From contig CAZRSF010000017.1 of NCBI GenBank assembly GCA_964602655.1, positions 24,116 to 88,115 of the forward strand: a stretch of 64,000 nt of DNA. The letters are read 5' to 3'. The translations under genes were made by a program, and so were the position numbers. The notes under the pieces are model-generated. The model worked only from the letters and a program-made list of their open reading frames with translations, was not told the origin of the DNA and did no database searches. The DNA comes from an uncultured Candidatus Moduliflexus sp. (GTDB lineage: Bacteria > Moduliflexota > Moduliflexia > Moduliflexales > Moduliflexaceae). Below, one piece after another: positions 18,979 through 28,986 of the stretch; position 1 is the stretch's first letter; the number at the start of each line of letters is the position of its first letter.

Positions 18979-19421
18979 GCGTTCGTCTGACCGATTTTTT
19001 GTTTTCCCGCCTGTTTCAAGAGCAGGTACAACGTATCGAATGAAACGGATGGTAGCCGTTCTTGAATCGTAGCAAGAACCGATTCCCAAAGTTGTTCTTG
19101 ACGGGCGGCATCGAGAAACTCGCACGCCTGCCACGTCTGCCGCAGAATCACGGCATCCAGCGCGGCGTCAATCGCATCGGGAATCAGATGCTCGACTTTC
19201 AGCAGTCCCGCTTCTGCCAGCCATTCGACATGCCGGGCGACCGTCCGCACGTCGGCGAGGTCTTCTAATTGTGACACAGTGATAATGCCTTCCGCAGCTT
19301 CGACGCGCAAAAGAATCTGTCGGATCAGATGGATATTTCGTTTCACAACATCTCCATACGTAACTAATAGACATCTCGCCGATGACCGATTTTTAAAATA
19401 TTGATTTCCTGCTGTTGCCAA
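18975..19421 (-). CDS. DUF2513-like small protein, hypothetical
   Basis: The segment …IHLIRQILLRVEAAEG…VEWLAEAGLL… recalls the DUF2513 family, often phage-associated. This is my recollection of the family, not a search result. The start is uncertain. Confidence 0.4.
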   Translation of the reverse strand: MATAGNQYFKNRSSARCLLVTYGDVVKRNIHLIRQILLRVEAAEGIITVSQLEDLADVRTVARHVEWLAEAGLLKVEHLIPDAIDAALDAVILRQTWQACEFLDAARQEQLWESVLATIQERLPSVSFDTLYLLLKQAGKQKIGQTNA

Positions 19422-19618
19422 TTGACATCAAATAAAACACGATAATTTCCAATACGCAATCGGTATTCCGCGAGAGGATGATTGTTCAGGCGCTTAATCT
19501 GCGAGATACCTGGAAACATGCGCAACTCTTCGATCCCTTCTTTGATTACGGATAATTGATGAGGCGCAATCTTTCGCAAGTCTTTCATCACGCTTTGCGC
19601 ATACACGAGATTAAACAT
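19364..19618 (-). CDS. Type II toxin, RelE/ParE family
   Basis: The C-terminal motif …YRLRIGNYRVLFDVNWQQQEINILKIGHRRDVY is typical of RelE/ParE toxins. The gene overlaps the upstream small gene by 8 nt. Confidence 0.8.
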   Translation of the reverse strand: MFNLVYAQSVMKDLRKIAPHQLSVIKEGIEELRMFPGISQIKRLNNHPLAEYRLRIGNYRVLFDVNWQQQEINILKIGHRRDVY

Positions 19619-19805
19619 GTACACTCTCCCAAATCGCTTCGTGCGTCAACGTGTTGCCCTGACGAATCTCTTCTCGCCTCTGCGCAATCTCTTTTTTTAA
19701 CGCCTGATATTTTGATTGATGAAGCAACAGTCGTATAAAATACGACACCTTCTCCTTGTCTTCTTGATCGAGCTTTTCTATGATGTCCATTTCTAACGGC
19801 GCCAT
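19611..19805 (-). CDS. Antitoxin partner of the RelE/ParE toxin (small addiction-module component)
   Basis: The protein is 64 aa, helical, and sits immediately upstream of the RelE-family gene, overlapping it. Confidence 0.6.
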   Translation of the reverse strand: MAPLEMDIIEKLDQEDKEKVSYFIRLLLHQSKYQALKKEIAQRREEIRQGNTLTHEAIWESVHV

Positions 19806-19844
19806 TTTCAGACCTTTTATGCTATATGTTAACGTATCGTTATA

Positions 19845-22712
19845 TTATCCCTTCTGCCGCCGTTCCGCCATTTCGCGGATTTTGGTTTCGGTTTTGTCAA
19901 TGACTTCGTATTCCAACGTTTCTTCGATTTCCTGAGCGTCAATGTAGCTGTACGGCTCGGCGATGACGGCGTAGCGGCGGCGCAGCGTCGTCAATTCGAC
20001 CGGCTCTTCCGCTCCGGCAAACAGCATCGGCTGAATCGGGATCGGCGTGGTAGTCGCCAATTCGATGACTTCATGCTCGACCTGCGACGGGTCGTTGAAA
20101 TCCACAATCGCAAACCGGGAAATCGAGGACAGGGCGGCGACGGCGGCGAGCGATTCCGCTCCGCCGGGCTGTTTCACGTCCAATTTCAACGGCGCGTACC
20201 GGCGTTTTCGCAGCAGCTTGCGAATCGCCTCAAGCTCCGCGAGCCGCTCCTCTGAAAATCGCCCTAACATCAAGACCACTTTTTTCGCCACGCCATCCGA
20301 AATTTCGCGAACTTCCTGATCCTCAATCAACAGCGAAATCAATTGAATCACGTTGAGATGATCGACGGTAATCACGCATTCATCGTCTTCTTTCAGCACG
20401 AGATTCCATTGCCGCGTCTCGTCGTCCGTGTTGATATTGCAAACCGACAGCCCATACACCTGACAGCCGGACAGGTCGGCGCCGCTGAGGTTGGTTTCCA
20501 TGAATCGCGCATGGCGCAAGTCCGCGTCGCGCAGGTCGGCATGGCTCAAATCCGCTTGCTGAAAATTGACCCAGCGCAGGTCGGTGCCGCTCAAATCGGC
20601 GTGATTGAAATCCGCGCCGGTCAGCGTGGCGGCGCTCAAATCCGCCCAGCGGATCGAGGCGTGGCGCAGATCGGCGTGGCTCAAGTTTGCCCAACGCAAA
20701 TCGGTTTCATTGAGCAGCGTTTTGGCAAGGTTCGCTTCGGTCAAATCGGCTTCCAGCAGGTCAACGCCGTTCAAATCCATGCCGCTCAGATTCGCGCCGC
20801 GCAATTTGACTTTGCTCAGGCAGACCTGCCGCAGATTGACCTGCCGCAGGTCGCTTTCGTTCAGAATCGCGCCAGACAGGTTGGTTTCGTTGAAGTTCGC
20901 GTTTGTGAAATCGGTCTGGCTCAAATCGGCGTCCTGGAGATTCGCGTTATTCAACATCGCGCCGGAAAGATTGGCTTTTTTGAGATTGGCCTTTTTGAGG
21001 TTGGCGCGGCTGAGGAAGGCGTTCGACAACTCTGCGCCACTGAGGTTCGCGCCTTCCAGATTCGATTCGATGAGAAACGCGCCGCGCAACTCGGCTTTGC
21101 TGAGGTCGATATTTTGCAGGGACACCTTGCTGAGATTCACTTTCGCGAGCTTTGCGCGGCTCAAATTCGCGTCGCGGAGCATGACATCGCTCAAATCGGC
21201 TTCCGTCATGTTCGCTTCGCTGAGATTCGTGCCGCTCATCTCGGCGTGTTTCAGATTGGCGCCCGTCAAATCAGCCCAGCGCAGGTCTGATTTTTCCAAT
21301 AAGGTCTCGCTGAGATCGGCCTTGCACAGTTCCGTGCCCCATAAATCCGCGCGGCTCAAATCCGCCCGATGCAATCGCGCTTTTATCAGGTTGCCGCCGC
21401 TGAGATTCGCCCATTTCAGGTCGGCGTTTTCCAGATTGGCCTCCTGCAAACAGGCTTTATTCAGATTGGCGCGGCTGAGATTCGCGCCGGTCAGAATGGC
21501 ATGGCTGAGATTCGCGCCGCTGAGGTTCGCCCAGCGCAAATCAGCTTTGGCGAGGTCAGCGGCGCTCACGTTGGCATCGCTCAGGTTTGCGCCCTGCAAG
21601 ATCGCGCTGCCGAGCTTCGCCTTGCTCACGTCAGCCCCGCTGACATCCGCGCCGCTCAGGTCAGCCCCGCGCAAATCCATCTCGCGCAAGTTCAGCTTTT
21701 GCAAATTGCATCCGCGCAGGCTCACGCGGCATAATGCCACCTCGGCCATATCAATCTGGCGCAAATCCGCGCCGCTGAGATTCGCGCCGTTCAAATCCGC
21801 GCCTTGAATTTGAATGCTGCTGACATCCACTTCGCTCAAATCCACATTGGTAAGGTTCGCATTGTGAAAATCGGTTTCATGCAGATACGCGCCCCAGATG
21901 TCGGCGTTGCTGAGGTCTGCGCCGACGAGAATCGCCTGGTTGAGGTTTGCGCCGCTCAGGTCAGCCCCCCCGAGGTCTGCGCCGGTGGCGTCCGCGCCGG
22001 TCATATCTGCGCCGCAGAGGTTCGCGCCGCGCAGGTTGGCCTCATTCAGGTTTGCGCCGTGCAATAACGCGCCGCGCATATTGGTTTTATTCAAGGAGGC
22101 TTTGCTGAAATTGAGATGCGAGAGAATCGCTTTGCTCAGATTCGCTTCAGTCAGAACGGCTTTGCTGAAATCCACCTCGGTCAGCGTCGTGTTGGCAAGT
22201 GTCGCGCCCGTCAGATCAGCGCTGCTGAGATTGGCGCCGTTCAAGGCGACTTCGCTGAGTGTCACGCCGGAGAGGTTCGCCCGGCTCAGATCAGCGCCTT
22301 CGAGGTCAGTGCCGCGTAATTCGGCGCGTTCCAATTCCGCTTTGCCTAAATCAACCTTTTTGAGCGTGCTTCCGGTTAAGTCCGCGCCGCGCAGATTCGC
22401 GCCATTCAAATTGGCTTCAGTCAGGTCAGCGCCAGACAGCGTCGCCTCGCTCAAGTTTGCGCCGCGCAGATTTGCGCCGCGCAGATTTGCGCCAGAAAGC
22501 GTTGCGCCGCTCAAATTCGCGCCCCAGAGGTTCGCGCCTTCCAAATTGGCGTCGCTCAGGTCAACCTTGTGAAAATTTACCTCTAACAGATGCTCTTTGC
22601 TCAGTTGCGCCTCGCGCAAATCCAGCGCTTCTGTCGAAGGATGCTCCTGCCGCCATTGATTCCATGCTCCCGCGCCTGCCTGTAACCGCTCAAGATCGTG
22701 CTGCTTTGCCAT
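19845..22712 (-). CDS. Giant pentapeptide-repeat protein (~670 aa of A(D/N)LxG-type repeats) with an uncharacterised ~270-aa C-terminal domain
   Basis: The translation is dominated by ANLSGANL/ADLSGADL pentapeptide units. GAGG lies 7 nt before the ATG at 22712. Confidence 0.9.
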   Translation of the reverse strand: MAKQHDLERLQAGAGAWNQWRQEHPSTEALDLREAQLSKEHLLEVNFHKVDLSDANLEGANLWGANLSGATLSGANLRGANLRGANLSEATLSGADLTEANLNGANLRGADLTGSTLKKVDLGKAELERAELRGTDLEGADLSRANLSGVTLSEVALNGANLSSADLTGATLANTTLTEVDFSKAVLTEANLSKAILSHLNFSKASLNKTNMRGALLHGANLNEANLRGANLCGADMTGADATGADLGGADLSGANLNQAILVGADLSNADIWGAYLHETDFHNANLTNVDLSEVDVSSIQIQGADLNGANLSGADLRQIDMAEVALCRVSLRGCNLQKLNLREMDLRGADLSGADVSGADVSKAKLGSAILQGANLSDANVSAADLAKADLRWANLSGANLSHAILTGANLSRANLNKACLQEANLENADLKWANLSGGNLIKARLHRADLSRADLWGTELCKADLSETLLEKSDLRWADLTGANLKHAEMSGTNLSEANMTEADLSDVMLRDANLSRAKLAKVNLSKVSLQNIDLSKAELRGAFLIESNLEGANLSGAELSNAFLSRANLKKANLKKANLSGAMLNNANLQDADLSQTDFTNANFNETNLSGAILNESDLRQVNLRQVCLSKVKLRGANLSGMDLNGVDLLEADLTEANLAKTLLNETDLRWANLSHADLRHASIRWADLSAATLTGADFNHADLSGTDLRWVNFQQADLSHADLRDADLRHARFMETNLSGADLSGCQVYGLSVCNINTDDETRQWNLVLKEDDECVITVDHLNVIQLISLLIEDQEVREISDGVAKKVVLMLGRFSEERLAELEAIRKLLRKRRYAPLKLDVKQPGGAESLAAVAALSSISRFAIVDFNDPSQVEHEVIELATTTPIPIQPMLFAGAEEPVELTTLRRRYAVIAEPYSYIDAQEIEETLEYEVIDKTETKIREMAERRQKG

Positions 22713-22761
22713 ACCGCCTCGTTCTTCGATGTTTCGTAAATAATACACGCCACAGAGGAAA

Positions 22762-22794
22762 GCTGTCAGACACGCTCAGAACGTGTCTGACAGC
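22762..22794. repeat. REP-like palindrome, family 3 (GCTGTCAGACACG…CGTGTCTGACAGC); other copies at ~24265-24297 and ~30889-30921
   Basis: Perfect 13-14-bp arms are visible in the sequence. All copies are intergenic. Confidence 0.75.
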
Positions 22795-22873
22795 TTATGT
22801 CAAGGCGTAACTTTCTGCCCTCATGCGTTGCTGTCAAGAAAAAACTTGCCCGCAACCCATTCGCGGCAACCGC

Positions 22874-24244
22874 TTACATTGGCGGCGTTTCCGTAACAGG
22901 AGCGAAATCCGCCACTCGCTGATGCTGTTCGCGTCCGAAATACCAGCGCAGCCGAAAAAAATTCGCGCCTCCGCGCCAGAGTTCGTCGAAAAAAACGATC
23001 CAGAGCAGGCCGAACAGTCCGGCGTGAAGCGGAAATATCGCCAGATACGCTAACGGAATGATGATCAGTGTGCCGATGATCTGCGTCTTCAACATCCATT
23101 TCGTATCGCCTCTGGCGCGGATGGAGTTCCCACCGATGACATTCATGGCTTGCGGAAAGATTGTCAGCGCGACGACATATATCAGCGGTCGCAACGCGCG
23201 AATCCGCTCCGGATCATTCAGAAAAATGCCTAAAATCATGTCGGGAAACAGGCAGAAAAACACGGAAACAATCAGACAGATTCCGAGCGAGAGCGATAAT
23301 GTCGTCGCGCCGATCCGTTTCGCCAGCAGCAGGTCTTTCGCGCCGACTGCCCTGCCGACCAATGAAATTGTCGCGACCCCAAGTCCGAAATAGATGCTGA
23401 GATTAAAAATTTTGATGGTATGGGTAATGCCGAAAAAACCTGCGGATTCGGGGTCTAACGCATTTAAGAATCCAACCATCACGGTATTGCCCGCCGACCA
23501 AATCATCATTTCCAGACCTGCTGGAACGCCGAGTTTGACCACTTTGCCGTATAATTCCAGCGCTGGGGCGAATATCCCGCGCCACGAGATCGGCACGCTG
23601 GATTTGCGCGCCAACATCCAGAGAATGACGGCGCTGCCCATCGTCCCGCTGATGACGGTTGCCCAGGCCGCGCCAGCCACGCCCATTTCCGGAAAGCCCC
23701 ATTTGCCGAAAATCATGCAGTAATCCAGCGGAATATTCACTCCAGCGCGAATTACCGCGCCAATCGTAATCGGCAGCGTATTCCCCTGCCCTTGAAAAAT
23801 CGCGCCCGCCGTCAAGACCATCCCGTCAAACAGGAATTGCAGCGAGAGGATGCGGATGTAGGTGTCGCTCAATTCAAGAATTTCCCCCTGCGCTCCTAAT
23901 GTCGTCAACACGGTTCGCCCAAATATCTGCCACAACACGAGATAGACCAGGCCGATGATTTGATTGTAACAGAGCGATGTCTCACCGATTCTGCCGGCGC
24001 GTTCGCGCTGTTTTGCGCCGAGTGTCTGAGCGATCAAGATATTCGTGCCAGTGCTGAACGACATAAAAAACGACAGAAAGAAAAAGTAGGAGACGCGGGC
24101 GTTCTGAATCGCCGAGAGTCCCAGAGTGTTATAATGGCCGACAAAGGCCATATCTGTGGACATTTGCAGGTATTGCACCAAAAATTGCGCGCTTGATGGC
24201 AACGCAATCAGCAAAATTCGTTTCAACAGTTCTTTTGTGGTCAT
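22874..24244 (-). CDS. MATE-family efflux transporter
   Basis: The protein has 12 TM helices with MATE N-terminal motifs (…LLIALPSSAQFLVQYLQMSTDMAFVGH…). The start is either the ATG at 24244 or the upstream one at 24295. Confidence 0.85.
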   Translation of the reverse strand: MTTKELLKRILLIALPSSAQFLVQYLQMSTDMAFVGHYNTLGLSAIQNARVSYFFFLSFFMSFSTGTNILIAQTLGAKQRERAGRIGETSLCYNQIIGLVYLVLWQIFGRTVLTTLGAQGEILELSDTYIRILSLQFLFDGMVLTAGAIFQGQGNTLPITIGAVIRAGVNIPLDYCMIFGKWGFPEMGVAGAAWATVISGTMGSAVILWMLARKSSVPISWRGIFAPALELYGKVVKLGVPAGLEMMIWSAGNTVMVGFLNALDPESAGFFGITHTIKIFNLSIYFGLGVATISLVGRAVGAKDLLLAKRIGATTLSLSLGICLIVSVFFCLFPDMILGIFLNDPERIRALRPLIYVVALTIFPQAMNVIGGNSIRARGDTKWMLKTQIIGTLIIIPLAYLAIFPLHAGLFGLLWIVFFDELWRGGANFFRLRWYFGREQHQRVADFAPVTETPPM

Positions 24245-24433
24245 AAAAATATTCGTTTGGTAAAAGTTGTCAGACACCTCGAAGGTGTCTGACAACTTGA
24301 TAGAAATAGAGTGATCATGTTGAGGATTGCATCAAAATCAGGCGGATTGAAGTCAAGGGAAAAAACAGCAGCGAATCATTGCTTGACATTCCCGGCGATT
24401 CTGCCGAACATGTCCCTCAAAGGAGGCGTGGCG

Positions 24434-25438
24434 ATGGCGTCGAATCTCAACATGACGAATTTGCTGAAAATTATCACGGAAATCAAAACCAATCCGCATC
24501 AGACGCCGGAAGAGCTTTATTCGACGTTTGGCATCTCGAAAGCCGGATTTTACAAGTACAAACAGCGATTGGCGCAGGAGATGGACTTCGAATTTCATTA
24601 TGAACGCGGGCAAAAATGTTTCATGATTGATCGCGAGCCGTTTTTACCGACGCTCAATCTGGAACTCGGCGAACTCTCCGCGCTTGTCTTGAGCATGGGA
24701 CAATTTTACGCTTCAGGCGGCGATTCGGTCGTGACCTATCGCGCGTTGAAAGCGGTGCAGAAGCTGGTGGCGACCTGCGCCGATCACTCGGTTCGCCGTC
24801 AATTAGACCTGATGCTGGATGAAGCGATTGCCAATCGCGGGTACGGTTGCAAAGAGCAGATATTGCAGTTGGTGGAGCAGGCAATTCAAACACGCAAGAT
24901 TCTGCGCATTCATTACTTTTCACATTCAGAAGGGATGAAAGAGCTTGTGCATGAGGTCGAGCCGTATCTGATTTTTTTCAAACGCCGCACGTTGTACATG
25001 GATGCGCATTGCCGCGCAAAATGGGGCACGATTCGGATGTATCGCCTGAATCGGATACGCAACGCGGAAATATTGCCGCAGACCTCGTTCGAAGTTCGAG
25101 AAGAATATTCCTTCAAACAGCGCCATCGGCATGCCTTTTCGATTTATACCGACTACGCCGAAGATACGCCGACGCCAGTGCGGATTCGTTTCAACCAGCA
25201 TAAAGCGCCGTATATCGAAGAAGTGCTGTGGCATCCGTCGCAAAAAATCTTGCCAGACCCGGAACGACCAGGCAGTATTCTGTTCGAAGTCACGGTGTCA
25301 TATCCGAAAGAGGTGATCTGGTGGATGCGGCAGTGGGGGAGCGATGCGGAAGTTCTCGATCCCCCCGAAATGCGGCAATATGCGTTAGAATTGGCGCGGC
25401 AGGAAGCGCGGATATATGAGCGGCAGGAGATAAAATGA
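24434..25438 (+). CDS. WYL-domain transcriptional regulator (N-terminal HTH, WYL, C-terminal extension)
   Basis: AGGAGG precedes the ATG at 24434. The WYL core is present (…YLIFFKRRTLYMDAHCRAKWGTIRMYRLNRI…). Confidence 0.75.
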   Translation: MASNLNMTNLLKIITEIKTNPHQTPEELYSTFGISKAGFYKYKQRLAQEMDFEFHYERGQKCFMIDREPFLPTLNLELGELSALVLSMGQFYASGGDSVVTYRALKAVQKLVATCADHSVRRQLDLMLDEAIANRGYGCKEQILQLVEQAIQTRKILRIHYFSHSEGMKELVHEVEPYLIFFKRRTLYMDAHCRAKWGTIRMYRLNRIRNAEILPQTSFEVREEYSFKQRHRHAFSIYTDYAEDTPTPVRIRFNQHKAPYIEEVLWHPSQKILPDPERPGSILFEVTVSYPKEVIWWMRQWGSDAEVLDPPEMRQYALELARQEARIYERQEIK

Positions 25439-25524
25439 GAGAAACCACAGATGACACAGATTTCACAGATAAAGACCGACAAGAAAAAATCTGTGAAATC
25501 TGTGTCATCTGTGGTTAAAAACTT

Positions 25525-26334
25525 ATGAGGACGCATAACATCACCGAAATTCGCAGCGCGCAGAATCCCAAAATCAAATTCCTGATGCAGCTCGATAAAC
25601 CGCGAACGCGGCGAGACGAACATCTTTTTGTCATCGAAGGATTTCGGGAAATTCGGCTGGCGCAAGAGGCCGGATACGACATTCAGCAGGTCTTCTGGTG
25701 CCCGTCAATCGCCAGCCCGCATCCGATAGACGCCTTGATCGCGGCCTTGCCGGACAGCGTTGCGCTCTATGGGGTCAGCGGCGACCTGTTCGCGAAAATC
25801 GCGTATCGGGAAAATGTGGATGGTTTGCTGGTCGTCGCGCGGACGCAGTCATTCGAGTTAGCGCAATTGCGCCTGCCGCCGAACCCGCTGCTTATCGTGC
25901 TGGAATCGGTCGAAAAACCGGGAAATCTTGGGGCGATTCTGCGCACCGCCGACGCCGCCCGCGCGGATGCCGTGCTGATCTGCGATCCTCAGACTGATAT
26001 ATATAGCCCGAATGTCGTGCGGTCGAGCCTCGGCTGTCTCTTTTCGTGTCAGATTGCGGTAGATTCGTCTGCGAATGTTCTTGAATTCTTACGCCAACGC
26101 AACATTCGGACGTACGCGGCGGCGCTGACCGCAGCACAGTGGTATCATCAGACTGATTTTACCTGCCCCAGCGCGATTGTCATGGGTGCGGAAGCATTCG
26201 GATTGAGTGATGTCTGGCTGCGCGGCGCGGATACGCAGATCAAAATTCCGATGCTCGGCAAAGTGGATTCCTTGAATGTCAGCGCATCCACCGCGATTCT
26301 CGTGTATGAAGCCCGACGCCAACGCGGTTTTTGA
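25525..26334 (+). CDS. TrmH/SpoU-family RNA 2'-O-methyltransferase
   Basis: The SpoU methylase motifs are present (…GNLGAILRTADAARADAVLIC…VDSLNVSASTAILVYE). Confidence 0.85.
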   Translation: MRTHNITEIRSAQNPKIKFLMQLDKPRTRRDEHLFVIEGFREIRLAQEAGYDIQQVFWCPSIASPHPIDALIAALPDSVALYGVSGDLFAKIAYRENVDGLLVVARTQSFELAQLRLPPNPLLIVLESVEKPGNLGAILRTADAARADAVLICDPQTDIYSPNVVRSSLGCLFSCQIAVDSSANVLEFLRQRNIRTYAAALTAAQWYHQTDFTCPSAIVMGAEAFGLSDVWLRGADTQIKIPMLGKVDSLNVSASTAILVYEARRQRGF

Positions 26335-26343
26335 GCATCCAAG

Positions 26344-26370
26344 CCTGCCAGGGTTCGGAGCCCTGGCAGG
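26344..26370. repeat. REP-like palindrome, family 2 (CCCTGCCAGGGTT-yyG-AACCCTGGCAGGG); other copies at ~30154-30186, ~33024-33056, ~37532-37564, ~40550-40576 and ~55315-55347
   Basis: Perfect or near-perfect inverted repeats are visible. Six copies occur, including two inside co-directional ABC-transporter operons (tupA|tupB and ATPase|permease). Confidence 0.8.
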
Positions 26371-26384
26371 GGGTTTTCGTGCGG

Positions 26385-26924
26385 TTATTCTGACGAGGCG
26401 ATTGTTTCCTCGGCCTGAAGTCGTTTATACTCGGCGATGACCTGCTTGCCGTAGTACGTACTCCGGTTATAGCCCATGAGCGTCGCTTTCAGGCTGTTGG
26501 TTCGCGCAAATTTCCGCGCGAGGAAATAGGCGGCGGTTGCCAAGCTGTCATGCCGATTCAGCGGGTCTTTGATCTTATCTCCGTCGCCGTCCTGTCCATA
26601 GAGAAAAAACGTGGACGGCAGAATCTGCATGTAGCCCATTGCGCCAGCATACGACCCCTTAAAATCGGAGATCGGGCGCTGCGTGTGGCGAGCGATTTTT
26701 GCGAGGTACTTCAATTGCACAGCGTTTACCACCTCCGAAACTCGATACGTTCCGGTATATTTGCCTTCCCGCGTTTCAACGATGCTTACCGCGCGCAGCA
26801 AATGCGGCGAAATGCCATACTTACTGGCGACGGCATACAACTCAGCGTCTGTTTGCGCAAACGCCTCGACCGAAACAGCGATCAGGCAGAACCCTGTCAT
26901 AAGGCACAGCATACATTTTTTCAT
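26385..26924 (-). CDS. Lytic murein transglycosylase domain protein (SLT/MltB-like), secreted
   Basis: GGAGG precedes the ATG at 26924. The protein has a signal peptide and SLT motifs (…RAVSIVETREGKY…AGAMGYMQILPSTF…). Confidence 0.7.
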   Translation of the reverse strand: MKKCMLCLMTGFCLIAVSVEAFAQTDAELYAVASKYGISPHLLRAVSIVETREGKYTGTYRVSEVVNAVQLKYLAKIARHTQRPISDFKGSYAGAMGYMQILPSTFFLYGQDGDGDKIKDPLNRHDSLATAAYFLARKFARTNSLKATLMGYNRSTYYGKQVIAEYKRLQAEETIASSE

Positions 26925-27343
26925 TTGGCGTCCCTCCATGGCAGCCGCGCGGATGTATTGACCGAACAACTGCCCCCCTCCATGTGATATTATAAGAAGT
27001 GAGTACGGTCGAACTTTTTCGCCATTGTATCCTCCAGTAAAAAGGTGATTGATGCCTGAATATGGACGTGTCAGCCCTTTCCGCAAAAAGGGCTGACATT
27101 ATGACAGAACAAAGAGGATTACGTTAAAAAAATTAGGAAGGATTTCTGAAAACAGAGGAAACAGCCGAACGCCTCTCTGACTGTACTTTTGCCGACGTCT
27201 GACGCGGGGCAGCCTCAGCGTCTCTTGCGCAACATCGAAACGCCACTGAATTTTATTCCGCGCCCTCTGCGAAGTCGTCTGCAAGCGCATCGTTAGGAAT
27301 AGTCTCGCCCCCTGAGACTCCTTTCGTTATCCGAATTGATGTA

Positions 27344-27865
27344 TTAATCTGGTTGAATCACTCCATAGCTACCAAGTTGTTCCAATGGTATTGATGGCCA
27401 TCTTACTGGTAGTTCTAAATTCGTGATGTGATCTGTAATTTCCAATGGCCTTTTCTCAAAAAAGAATTGTTCTGTTTGAGCAAATACGTTATTTGAATTT
27501 TTTCTAAAAAGGATCGCTCGTATTTGTACATAATAGTATCCAGGCTTTTTTGTAAACGTATACGGAATCACGTTTTGATGTTCTGTTCTTTCACGGTCTA
27601 AATTGACAGTATCCATAATTTCATACGTATCTTTGATATATTGTTCCTCTGGATATGTTCCATGCGGAGGAGGATCATCTTTCCTCTTGACCGGAAAGAA
27701 TGCTAAACTGACGATCATTCCATAATTATGTGGAACGTCTTCAATAACAACGTTTCCAGTGATTGTTTTTTCCTGATGAAACCACCCCATAATTTTCTTA
27801 TTCCTCTCCTCACATGCGGTGAATAGCATTACACATGAAATAATAATACATGCTAATTTTCTCAA
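27344..27865 (-). CDS. Lipoprotein, hypothetical (AT-rich gene)
   Basis: The protein has a signal peptide with the lipobox FTAC. Its GC content is low compared with flanking genes. Confidence 0.5.
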   Translation of the reverse strand: MRKLACIIISCVMLFTACEERNKKIMGWFHQEKTITGNVVIEDVPHNYGMIVSLAFFPVKRKDDPPPHGTYPEEQYIKDTYEIMDTVNLDRERTEHQNVIPYTFTKKPGYYYVQIRAILFRKNSNNVFAQTEQFFFEKRPLEITDHITNLELPVRWPSIPLEQLGSYGVIQPD

Positions 27866-27987
27866 AGCACTCCCTTTTTATATGTGCGCTTTCCTAACAA
27901 GAGACGCTACTAACTTTCAATCAAACGTAATGGCGCAATGGAGTCAGCGTATTGTCAGTCATGAGGTTGTTCCTGTCGTTCTTTATT

Positions 27988-28986
27988 TCAAAAACTCACG
28001 CCGACCGTCGCGCCGAAATACATCTGGCGTCCTTCGACGGTCAAATCAATCCCGGTTGCGCCGCGTCCCTCGTCCTCGCCACCGTAAAAGGATTGCGTCT
28101 GATCCCCTTCGAGATCGTAGGCGGCATAATTCGCCAGCACGGAAAGCGACCGGTTCGGCGTGATATGCCAACGAAGATCGCCGCCGATAGCCCAAAACAT
28201 TCCATCGGTCTCCCCTGTGCTTAATTTCTGACGCAGCAGATGATCATCTTCATCTTTGCATGTTGCAATCGGGCTGAAAAGGCCATAGGCATTGACATCA
28301 ACGGCGCTATTCGGCACACTGGAAGAAAAAGCGACTCCGACATACGGCACATCTATTTTTTGCTGATACGTAATGCCGGTTCCCGGCAATTGCCCCTGAT
28401 AAAATTCATCAGGATCAATTGTCCATTGCTCTCCGTTTTTAGCCTCCCAATCCCATTGTGTGTAAGAAAATCCTAACAGAACTCCCAAAGACATTGTTTC
28501 ATTTGAGGGAAGCGCGGAGAGAATATCGTACCGCACATTGATATCAAAATGCTTTCCGTCCACAGACGAATCCGACTCAGAATAGATTGCCTTTTGGCTG
28601 CCGTAATAGCCATACAGCCAATCGCTATCCTTCATCGTACCGGTCTGATCATACACTGAAACCCAGCCTCCAGCGCTGAGCGTAAAACGATTTAATGGGT
28701 GGAACGACCCAACACCACCAATGTAAAGAGTTCCGTCTAACGGCCATTCCAATTCGCTTTTCCATCCCCCATCCTGTTTTCCTTCGATAGTATAGGTCAT
28801 CTGGCCGAATTCGACAAATGAAGAGAGCCCTAAGAAGAATCCTGACGTCGTTCCTTCCTCTTCGAACAAAGATGATGCGCTCACCGGCGGAATGGAGGCG
28901 ATCTGTCCCCAACTTACGGCAGGAAAAAATAAAGAAATGAGCACAAGAATCCCGCCTGCTTGACATTGTCTGAAAATTCGCTGCAT
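27988..28986 (-). CDS. Omptin-family outer-membrane protease (peptidase A26-like beta-barrel)
   Basis: The protein has a signal peptide and segments resembling E. coli OmpT (SELEW~SQLDW, AGGW, MKDSDWL~MVDQDWM, DEDDHLL~DNDEHYD catalytic Asp/His region). It ends in the terminal aromatic …GVSF typical of OM barrels. Confidence 0.6.
   Translation of the reverse strand: MQRIFRQCQAGGILVLISLFFPAVSWGQIASIPPVSASSLFEEEGTTSGFFLGLSSFVEFGQMTYTIEGKQDGGWKSELEWPLDGTLYIGGVGSFHPLNRFTLSAGGWVSVYDQTGTMKDSDWLYGYYGSQKAIYSESDSSVDGKHFDINVRYDILSALPSNETMSLGVLLGFSYTQWDWEAKNGEQWTIDPDEFYQGQLPGTGITYQQKIDVPYVGVAFSSSVPNSAVDVNAYGLFSPIATCKDEDDHLLRQKLSTGETDGMFWAIGGDLRWHITPNRSLSVLANYAAYDLEGDQTQSFYGGEDEGRGATGIDLTVEGRQMYFGATVGVSF

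Noticed and set aside
20047-22572. Long plus-strand ORFs (up to 400 aa, SAPLRSAP…/AQIGVAQV… low-complexity) opposite the pentapeptide-repeat gene
   Set aside because: They are reverse-frame echoes of the 15-nt periodic pentapeptide coding repeat, with no start context or RBS, so they are artefacts. The same periodicity was also considered and rejected as a CRISPR-like array because it is continuous coding sequence without spacers.
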